From: Trichosphaerium sp. ATCC 40318
Taxonomy: Eukaryota > Protista > Tubulinea
Assembly (NCBI GenBank): GCA_038496445.1
Contig: JALMLS010000032.1
Location: 1-34,811, forward strand
Direction of reading: 5' to 3'
DNA: 34,811 bases
Shown here: positions 1 through 10,296 of the stretch, in pieces
How positions within the stretch are numbered: position 1 is the stretch's first letter
Layout of the letters: the number at the start of each line of letters is the position of its first letter
Notes under the pieces: model-generated
The model's database searches: none
Told to the model about the DNA's origin: nothing
Seen by the model: the letters and a program-made list of their open reading frames with translations, nothing else
Position numbers and translations under genes: made by a program

Positions 1-302
1 AAAGTGGTTCCACTGAATCTATCAATTACTAAGGCCTACGGAGGTCGGTTAATGTATATCAAACGAAAATAAAATAAAACTTTGTCTGGTACCCACGAAC
101 GTCTGTATAATACCTGCAATATAGTTTCCTCAATGTTGGTACTGGAATCAGGTCCTGCGGTCCGAATGAGCTTGGTTTGGTTAGATTCTATGATATACTA
201 AGGTCCCTACGCACCGTTCAATGTATGACGTCCATGATCGTTCAACAAGAAAACCCATTACCAAAAAGCTCCTTAATGACCTTCTTGAAGCATACCATAA
301 AA

Positions 303-550
303 GTGGTATATACCAATAAAAAGGTGGTATATACCACATACCATAAAAAAGTGGTATATACCACTTTATATACCATTTTTAGAAGGTCTCATTATGTGAA
401 TGAAAAGTGGTATATACCACTTCTATATACCACTTTTTTATTCACTTAATTTTTAAAAAAAGTGGTATTTCAAAATGGTATATACCAGTTCATATACCAT
501 TTTGTTGAAAAAAGTGGTATATACCATAAAAAAACTGGTATATACCACTT
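303..550. repeat. Array of ~7 copies of the palindrome TGGTATATACCA plus several half-sites (TATACCA), separated by A/T runs
   Basis: Full copies near 304, 325, 352, 408, 476, 515 and 536, with extra TATACCA half-sites between them. The 177..449 ORF (KVVYT repeats) is a by-product of this array. Confidence 0.85.
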
Positions 551-572
551 TAATTTTTAGACCTGAGGAGCA

Positions 573-1171
573 ATGGCAACAAGGTTTGATTATGATGTTA
601 AAAAACATGGCAAATGGACACAGCGTTATAAATCAAGGATTTTAGTTCAAGAGAATTGGAAACATGGTAAACTTCATGGTCTTCAGAAGGTAGGTATCGT
701 TGTATTGATAAAATATGTGAGCAATGTCATTATGTGGATGACAAACGTGATGGAGAGTACAAGTCATGGTATGAGAATGGTCAATTAATGGAGCTTACTC
801 AATATGCCAATGGTGAATTTGAAGGAGAGCGTACCAAGTGGCATTATAATGGTGAAATAAGTCTTAACTGTTTCTATGTCAATGGTAGACTAGAAGGAGA
901 ATACGGAGAGTGGTATAATAATGGACAGCTGAGAGAACAATGTCATTTTGTGAATGGTAAACAAGTAGGTGAGTACAATAAGTGGTGTAAGAGTGGCATC
1001 CTGGTTAAGAAGAATCACTATGTTAATGAAAAATTAGAAGAAGAGGTTACACCCCAGTGTACTGGTAACACAATGATAGAGAAAGATGATACAGATATAC
1101 TTAATGATGATGCACTATTTTCTTACCATCACAGCAACTGTAAAATTCATCAACACGACTATTCGTTTTAG
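573..1171 (+). pseudogene. Intronless MORN-variant (YwqK-like beta-hairpin) repeat protein, split by one frameshift near 685-688
   Basis: Repeated 'G.Y..WY.NGQL.....Y.NG..EG' units in 734..1171. The N-terminal 'HGKWTQRY...ENWKHGKLHGLQ' lies in the other frame. Adding 1 nt at CTTCAG^AAGGT joins both frames (LQ-EGRYRCIDKICEQCHYVDD). This may be an assembly error rather than a true pseudogene. Confidence 0.7.
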
Positions 1172-1741
1172 CTGTTCATAAAAAAGTAACTTACAGTTTA
1201 ACGCAATTTATTCATGCTTGTTTAGCACTTAAACTAAACATTAATCCAGCACCAACAATATTGTTAACATATATACTAGTGTTGAGTCTGTAATTTGAGC
1301 CTCACTAGGAACTAGTGATATAGACAACTAATATGTCAGTTCTTTGCCATTTTTGTGTGAGTAAGGTTGCTGCTTTAACATTATGAACTATTAACAATCG
1401 AGATTTTGTAGTCAGCTATGCCAGGCTTTGAAAAGACATGCAACGATGTACACTCTTACACGCTGTCATGTTTCAACTGACTAATAGAGGTAGGTCACGG
1501 GAGTTGCTGTCCGTATTAGTAGGAACTTTTGCTATTAATAGGAGGAAACACCTAACATCTGGCCAATACTCTCAGTCAAGAACTACAATCTAGATCGAAC
1601 AACAGAGGTAAAGCAAGTATGGAATTCACATCGGAGACTAAACATGTGGCATTATTCACATTTATCCTATTTATCCGCTTGTTTAAGCTCGTGGTAAGTT
1701 AAGTGCACGAATTAGCATTGATTGGTAACTGCTAGCGGAAA

Positions 1742-4700
1742 ATGAAACAAAGTCGTATTTTAATACTGATAATCTCATTTACGTACATACTTTCCACGTG
1801 GTCCCAAAAGCCTACTTTACGTATTGGTACTGTTTTTGTAAATGATGGGTTTGTTGCTGCTATTCAGAACCGTATAGTACAAGGACAACAGATGTGGCAA
1901 GAAGAGGTACCAAGGAATATTCTTATTACAATAATCTGACTTTATTTTATTCAGGTCAATGATCGCGGAGGTATCGTCATAAATGGCACCGAACATCTTG
2001 TCGAAATAATCAAAGTTGGAGTTCGTACGCCGCGGAGTTCGTACAGTTTTTTTAATAATACCAACAACCTGTAGCACAATTTCCTTGGAGTGCATCTATA
2101 AACGGTACAATGGAAATTATAAATCAAGGTGTTGATTTTATATTGCTGGTACGAATATTGCGCAACAACACGTGGTACAGCAAATTCACTAATGAAGTTT
2201 AGCCTTTTTCATCTGAAAGGGGAGAATTGGGTGCTATTGTGGCGAACGAGCATAAAATCAACTCAATAATACGCACGTGATTAATTTATTTTTAATTTTT
2301 GCGCTAGTTGTTTTTTATTAATATTCGAAAATAGCATCCGCCGGTACACCGTCTGTATTTATCTGTGACAAAGTATTAAGACCGCCGTGTGCTGTTCCTT
2401 TTGGGAGAAGGTTTAAATACTCTGTTGGATTGACTCTACCAAGTGTAAAGCACTACACCGAATCTCTTAATCTGTTAGCTAGTCATGGTGCTCGTACTGT
2501 AGCCGTCATTTGGGAAGGTATGTTCAAACTCTTTTCTACAATTAAAGAGTTTACCAGATACTTAGATTTGTTGATTTCGAATGCCGTGATAGAAGGAACG
2601 TTGAGATCTATTTCATTTCTAAATCTACAAATTGTGTACCAAAAACAAATACCATATACTGCGATCCCAGCTCTTCGAAGAAGTACAATGCGACCGATTG
2701 TCGAAGAAGTCAAGGAAAAGAATCCAGGCGCGCATAAAAACAAAAACAAAAACTTACACATTGAGAGAGTCTAACATGAGGAGCACCTTTAGATATCATA
2801 GTGATGGCAACAATTTTCGCTTGTGAAGATTTTATTGTTCTTGCAAAAGAACTTGATTTTAATGCAAACGTACGTACTGAATGACGGACTCTTCAGTTGC
2901 TGGAAGTTGCAAATCATTTTTAGTTCGTTTTTTGCACTTCTCGAAACACTATTCTTCAACGAGCTATTTTGGTCTAACTTTGTTAAAAGGCATATTTATT
3001 TTCGGCTCAATGTATTGGACTACTCATAAAGAATACTGGTGAAGACTCAAAGCATGTCTTGGCTGGTGGATTTATAGTAAGATATCTATCGTACACTGTG
3101 ATGTATTGTTTAACTTATTTATGTAGTGGGATGAAAGGTTGAGAACTGATTTATACGATGAAACTGACAACAACACAGCATTCCATCATTTTGTAAGCAA
3201 TGGCACAATTGCGTCACCAATGATATTCAATGACAAGTATACACAACGGTTTGGAGAAGCACCAGGTACTGCTGGCGCTGAAGGATATGTTTCTGGATAT
3301 GTCATTCAATATGCTTATGAAACTGCAAAGTACGATACATACTCCTTCACTTTTCACGTGAAACATCACAATCGCGATTAAGCGCCACCCTTTTTGGAAG
3401 TAATGTTTTGATTTTAGCACCTTCGACAGCGATAAACTTCAAATGACAATTGATGCTATGGATATCACTGGGTTTTATGGAGAGGTTGCGTTTGATAGGT
3501 TTGGTCAGAATCTTGGAAGGAATGGATTGACGTACCAAGTCGGAGATGATCTCAGTTTTGATATTGTTGCTCCTCTTTTCGCTGCAACCACACAGTTGGT
3601 TTATCCAGTTCCAAAATGGAATGAACGTCAAACAACTTTTGGATGGTACAGTACGTACTTTGTTTGTTGTCTCATTTTGGATATTGATTGTTCTGATTCA
3701 TTATTTTCAAGAACAAACAAGTGAGCATGTGATGCTTTGTTTGGTCAGTGCTGTAATATTAATCACTTGCGGTCTCATTATCTGGGTGTTAATATGTCGC
3801 CACAATCGAGTGATACGTGCTTCACAACCACTGTTTGTTGTGCTTACTCTTGTACGTGTATCTAACTCAATGTAATACCTATCACGTGATGAATTACGAG
3901 TTTAATATGCTGTGAAAAAGTCTGCGCGATTTGATTTCTCAAAATCACGTGATAGGCTGCGTTTCCGAAATGTACTCATAGTTCTGTTTAGATTGGAACA
4001 ATATTCATGTATGCGGCAGTGTTTTTTTGGACACTTCATACAGATGACGTTCATTGTAATGTTGTCAGATGGCTTCTAGGAGTTGGCTTTGGAGTAAGTA
4101 GAATTTATAAAGTTTGTTGAATAATGCCTGACACGTGATTAGTTGACTTATGGAGCAATGTTTGCTCGTATTTACAGAATTGGTCAGATATTTCTTGAAA
4201 AAAGTTTGGAAGTCTTCAAAGTCACAAACATGATGATCATTCCAATTGTTACTGGTATTGTCACCACCGAAGTATTAATATTAGCTGTGTGGACAGGCGT
4301 GAGTCCATCAAGAGCTGAACGAGAAGAAGTGGCACCATACATTCTATCTGATGACTACTTTGATTGTACCAATACAACAATAGATACAGTCTTCATATCA
4401 GTGCTCCTTGTATTCAATGCATCAGTGCTGCTGTACGGTATTTATTGGGTTTATAGAATATGGAGATTGAAGGCAGTTCTGTACAACGAATCAAAGTACG
4501 ACAGTAGCAATATATTTTAAACACTTCTGACTGTTTAATAGAGCGATTGGTTTTGCCGTTTACACTCTTACGTTCTTCATCATTATCTTGATCATCATTC
4601 AGGTACCTTACCCCAAGTCTAACACTAAGAGTCATGTACGGCGTTAATAGCCTGTTAGGTGTTTGGCAGTAGTAATCGTTCAGTTGCGTTTATTCTTCGT

Positions 4701-5000
4701 TCATTGTGTCTTATTCTTGGACCTTTCATCTCCATCTTATCAATTCTTATTCCGAGAATGTACTACATGACACTGTCGAATGAAGAGATTGATAGAAGTG
4801 ATACACGCAGTAACAGTGTAAACAGGAACACGGTTACCTCAGAACATTCAAAGCCGAACGCACACCTTTCAAAGACAAGTGTAAATGTAGAAGAGCTTCA
4901 AGCGACCATAGAAGTGCTTCAACATGAAGTAAAGAAACTGAAGAAAAACCTTGCGAAAGCATTACAATCAAGTAATGACACAAAAAATGAAGAACTCTAG
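1742..5000 (+). CDS. Class C GPCR (GABA-B/Grl-like): signal peptide, periplasmic-binding/Venus-flytrap domain, 7TM, short coiled-coil tail; 15 exons; copy 1
   Basis: Hand-spliced exons join in frame: MKQSRILILII.. / VNDRGGIVINGTEHLVEII / NPDIIVMA / GFYGEVAFDRFGQN / LVYPVPKWNER / VIRASQPLF / LTYGAMFARIYRI / YNESKAIGFAVY / ILIPRMY. The 7TM motifs are typical of family 3 receptors. 14 introns, two with GC donors. Confidence 0.85.
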
Positions 5001-5173
5001 TTTGTAAATAATTTTATGTTTGTAATAATTAGTTGTGGCGAACTATTTTTCCGTCATGTCACAACTTTTCTCTGAACAATCCAATCCATAAATACACCTC
5101 CTTTTTCACAAAGAACTCTAAGTGATATGCTCAATGAAGACTTTTCGATTCGGGAATAGTGAAGAAATATGTA

Positions 5174-5300
5174 GCATACTTTGCAGTTTCATAGGCGTAT
5201 CCAGAAACATATCCTTAAGCACCAGCATACCCGGTTCTTCTCCAAAGCTTTGCGTATACGTGTTGAATATCATTGGTGACACAATTGTGCCATTGCTTAC
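5174..5300 (-). pseudogene. Inverted, decayed fragment of the GPCR 'VSNGTIASP...YAYETAK' exon
   Basis: The reverse complement aligns to 3193-3334 (and the equivalent exon of copy 2) with a GAA->TAA stop, a 12-nt deletion and small indels. Confidence 0.85.
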
Positions 5301-5860
5301 GCTGGAACTCTGCTATTGTATTTTAACACTAAGCCTACTTTTTAAAAGCGGCCTGATTTATCACGCATGTGACTTACTGCTCTTATGCTTGTAAATGACT
5401 CCAGGATAATAGCTTGCAAGGTTGCACCAGGCTACCTATGTTCACAAACTGCACCAGTGCTAACACAACAACACATGGTGCCTCTGGTACGTAAAGATTA
5501 GATGAATGCTCCTTAGCCCTACAAAACATAATGTAGATCTCACTAACAGTGCACCGACGTACCGTCTAAGGACCATTTTACGTCTATGTAGTCGAAGAGG
5601 TGAAGATAAAATTCTTGTAAAGAATATTAACAATGGTAAATTACCAAACGCAGATAGACAAACACTATCTTCGTTACAATCAAACTTTGATTTCTCACTG
5701 AAATCAGCTGCACTAAATGAACCAACTCGGACAGTTTAATGACTAATAAGCGATATCTCAGGACTGGACTCGTATCGGTGTTTGCCACTCTAACAAGTTT
5801 TACTATTTTGCAAACTAAAATTGATAAATTTTATACTTGTTCAACAATACTTCAAACGCA

Positions 5861-6202
5861 ATGACAGAAGCAAACAATGTCGAACCTCAAGTAAAGAAGC
5901 TCCTAGAAGAATGGACAGAACACTGTGAGATCGTTACTAAAAGGAGGTCAAGCACTCATAGTCGTACAAACCATGAAACGTTCAAAACAATAGTAGAGAT
6001 TGGTAAACCCGCTCTACCAACAATATTCAAGTCATACGAACAAGAAGAACACAATTTGCTCTATTTCTTCCTTTTAGAAGCAATCATAGCTGGAGACATT
6101 TATAGGGATGTCCCAGGTGTACGACAACAGAATAAAGAAGATTGGATGGCCTATGCAAGGGAAAATGGGTATTTGCAAACTTACACAGAATGTAAAGAAT
6201 AA
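5861..6202 (+). CDS. Intronless hypothetical protein (113 aa), helical/HEAT-like core
   Basis: Open frame from ATG 5861 with protein-like composition: 'W..HC....SS....NHETFKTIVEIGKPALPTIF....LYFFLLEAII....W..YARENGY'. Confidence 0.65.
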   Translation: MTEANNVEPQVKKLLEEWTEHCEIVTKRRSSTHSRTNHETFKTIVEIGKPALPTIFKSYEQEEHNLLYFFLLEAIIAGDIYRDVPGVRQQNKEDWMAYARENGYLQTYTECKE

Positions 6203-6546
6203 ACTCCATAAATAGACAAGACATTTACTATTTTGTAATCAAGCTCATTTCTTTCACTCAAAATCATTTGCAGTAAAACAATATCTCAAACATAGACGCT
6301 AGATATTCACCAATGATTTGATGCCATCATCTGTTAATTGAGACAGTTTTAACATGCACATACGTACGTGAGCCAAGACTCCTTTGACATAGCTAAAAGA
6401 ACTGATCTGTATTCAAATTGACCTTGTCTATCCCATTTTCTGAAACCATCTCTCCTCTGAACCAGTGGTAAATCATCACTAGCGCATAGTTTAAGCTCGA
6501 AGTAAGTTAAGTTCTGTTGAATCAGAATAACGGTTAACGGCTGACA

Positions 6547-9500
6547 ATGAAGCGAAGTAGAATTTTAATACTAGTACTCTCATTTACGTACATACTTACC
6601 ACGTGGTCCCAAAAGCCAACTTTACGTATTGGTACTGTGTTTTTAAATGACGGGTTCAGTGCTGCGATTCAAAACCGCGTAGTACAAGGACAACAGATGT
6701 GGCAAGAAGAGGTAATTTGGGAGATATCTTTGTAACAATTATCTGACGTATTTTTAATTCAGGTCAATGATCGCGGAGGTATAGTTATAAACGGTACAGA
6801 ACACCTTGTTGAAATAATCAAAGTTGGAGTTCGTACGCCGCGGAGTTCGAACCGTTTTTTAACTACCTGTAGCACAATTTCCTTTGAGTGCATCTACGAA
6901 CGGTACAATGGAACTGATAAACCAGGGAGTTGATTTTTTATTGCTGGTACGAATATTGCGCAACAACACGTGGTACAGCAAATTCACGAATGAAGTTTAG
7001 CCTTTTTCATCTGAAAGGGGAGAATTAGGTGCTATTGTGGCGAACGAGCATAATATCAACTCAATAATACGCACGTGATTTTCGAGTTAAGTTTTTCTGG
7101 TTTTAGTCTTTGACGTACACTTTTGTTGATAGTCTACAATAGCATTCGCTGGTACACCTTCTGTATATATCTGTGATAAAGTATTGAGATCGCCATGTGC
7201 TGTTCCTTTTGGAAGACGGTTTAAATACTCTGTTGGATTGACTCTACCAAGTGTAAAGCACTACACCGAATCTCTTAATCTATTAGCTAGTCATGGTGCT
7301 CGTACTGTAGCCATTATTTGGGAAGGTATGTCAACGAAGCGAACTGTTTGGGTAATTGCAATATGTAGATATGTTGATTTCGAATGCTGTGATTGAAGGA
7401 GCGTTGAGATCTATTTCGTTTCAAAATCTAAACATTATATACAAAAAACAAATACCTTTTATTGCGATCCCAGCCCTTCGAAGAAATACAATGCGACCGA
7501 TTGTTGAAGAAGTCAAGGAAAAGAATCCAGGCACGCATAAAAACAAAACCTAAACTTTGAGAAAGTCTAACATGAGGAGCGATTTTAGATATCATAGTGA
7601 TGGCAACATTTTTCGCTTGTGAAGATTTTATTGTTCTTGCAAAAGAACTTGACTTTAATGCAAACGTACGTTTGTTTTTCGTCCTTATTTTTGCTATTCT
7701 TCGTAGTATTCTTTGCAATTTTGGCAATAACTCGTTCTGGTTTGATATAGCCATTAAGTGACCTCTCTAATCTCAAATCACTAATTTCGATTTAAGGCAT
7801 ATTTATTTTCGGCTCAATGTATTACTACACTGGTTAAGAAAACTGTAGAAGACTCAAAGTATATCTTGGCTGGTGGATTTATAGTAATATATCTATCGTA
7901 CACTTTGATGTATTGTTTAACTTATTATGTAGTGGGATGAGAGGTTGAGAACTGATTTATACGATGAGACCGACAACAACACAGATTATCATCATTTTGT
8001 GAGCAATGGCACAATTGCATCACCAATGATATTCTACAACAAGTATATACAGCGCTTTGGAGAAGCACCACGCACTGCTGGCGCTGAAGGATATGTTTCT
8101 GGATATGTCATTCAATACGCTTATGAAACTGCAAAGTACGATAAATATAGATTTACGCACATGATAAATCACATGATTTAATGTTTTGAGTTTAGCACCT
8201 TCGACAGCGATAAACTTCAAATGACAATTGATGCTATGGATATCACTGGGTTTTATGGAGAGGTTGCGTTTGATAGGTTTGGTCAGAATCTTGGAAGGAA
8301 TGGATTGACGTACCAAGTCGGAGATGATCTCAGTTTTGATATTGTTGCTCCTCTTTTCGCTGCAACCACACAGCTGGTGTATCCAGTTCCAAAATGGAAT
8401 GAGCGTCAACCAACTTTTGGATGGTACAGTACGTACTTTATCCTTTTTTTTGATCTCTTTTCGCATTGATTCTTCTGATTTATTGTTTTCAAGAGCAAAC
8501 GAGTGAGCATGTGATGCTTTGTTTGGTCAGTATTGTCATATTAATCACTTTTGGTATGATCGTCTGGGTGTTAATATGTCGCCACAATCGAGTGATACGT
8601 GCCTCACAACCACTGTTCGTTGTGCTTACTCTTGTACGTATATTCAACTATTGATGGCCCTCAGGCTGTATACTAAAAAACGCCTAAAATACAACAACTC
8701 ACTTTTCTGTAGTTTGGAACAATCTTTATGTATGCGACGGTCTTTTTTTGGACACTTCACACAGATGACGTTCATTGTAATGTTGTCAGATGGCTTCTAG
8801 GAGTTGGCTTTGGAGTAAGTTGAATTTATAAAACTCGTTTGTTGTATATATGCCTGACACGTGATTAGTTGACTTATGGAGCAATGTTTGCTCGTATTTA
8901 CAGAATTGGTCAGATATTTCTTGAAAAAAGTTTGGAAGTCTTCAAAGTCACAAACATGATGATCATTCCAATTGTTACTGGTATTGTCACCACTGAAGTA
9001 TTAATATTAGCTGTGTGGACAGGCGTGAGTCCATCAAGAGCTGAACGAGAAGAAGTCGCACCATACATTCTATCTGATGACTACTTTGATTGTACCAACA
9101 CAACAATAGATACAGTCTTCTTGTCGATTCTCCTTGTATTCAATGCTTGTGTACTGTTGTACGGTATTTATTGGGTGTACAGAATATGGAGATTGAAAGC
9201 AGTTCTGTACAACGAATCAAAGTACAACAGTAATATATAGGTACAGTTCTGACCATTCAATAGAGCGATTGGTTTTGCCGTTTACACTCTTACGTTCTTC
9301 ATCATTATCTTGATCATCATTCAGGTACTTAACCCGGAGTCTAACACTAAGATTCATGTTGTCCTTAATGTGCTGCTAGGTGTTTGGAAGTAGTAATCGT
9401 TCAGTTGCGTTTATTCTTCGTTCATTGTGTCTTATTCTTGGCCCTTTCATCTCCATCTTATCAATTCTTATTCCAAGAATGTACTACATGACACTGTCGA

Positions 9501-9691
9501 ATGAAGAGATTGATAGAAGTGATACACGCAGTAACAGTGTAAACAGAAAAACACCATCAGAACAATCAAAGCCGAATAATTCAAAGACAAGTGTAAATGT
9601 AGAAGAGCTTCTAGCGACCATTGAAACGCTTAGAAAAGAACTAAAGAAAGCGAGGAAAGGCCAATCATTAATCTCAAGTGACACAAATTAG
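6547..9691 (+). CDS. Class C GPCR (GABA-B/Grl-like), tandem paralogue; copy 2
   Basis: Same 15-exon structure and near-identical exons to 1742..5000, with the same two GC donors. The C-terminal tail has diverged. A shared upstream motif GTTTAAGCTCG..GTAAGTTAAGT occurs at ~1681 and ~6489. Confidence 0.85.
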
Positions 9692-10296
9692 TTTACTTCT
9701 AGGGATATGGTCACTATGTAACTCAACTGTCTACCATGGTTGGTTATTGTACACCACAAATGAGATCTGTACATTAAATTATAAGAAGTTACGTAACCAT
9801 TGTAGCAACAAAGGAAATGCATTGCCTTGTTATGTTGTATTTCAGAGAAATCACGTGTTTATCCATGTACTCACTATCATATAGTTCGAAAGCATGCACG
9901 TAACAGTAAGGTAAATGTATGTGTCAGCAATTTTAATCATGACATGTGTCATGAAACCAGTCAAGTTTGATTTTTGTTGACCATTCTTTTTTTGTTCAAT
10001 CGAGTGTCACAGACTGCAAACCTTAAATCATGAATTTCTCTTGTATATCGGTAGAAAACGCACTTGACTACTATCACAAGCACCGTGGGGAAGCGTTTAG
10101 TAAAATTAAGGCAAAACAGGAGCCTATATTCATTAAACAGCTTGAGCGTATTGTCAACGCCATGAATTCAAGCTGTATAGCACAGCTTGATGAGTTCCTG
10201 GTAAAACAATCGGATTCAATCGTAAATACAGAGAACAAGCGCTCAGCGCAATCATACGATCACGAATTGCGTAAACAAAAAGAGACGTACGTCACA

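Noticed and set aside
177-449. 90-aa ORF with KVVYT repeats
   Set aside because: It is a translation of the palindrome array, starts at TTG and has no protein-like features.
303-550. CRISPR-like repeat/spacer array
   Set aside because: Repeats are only 12-14 bp, spacers are irregular low-complexity A/T runs, there are no cas genes, and the context is eukaryotic.
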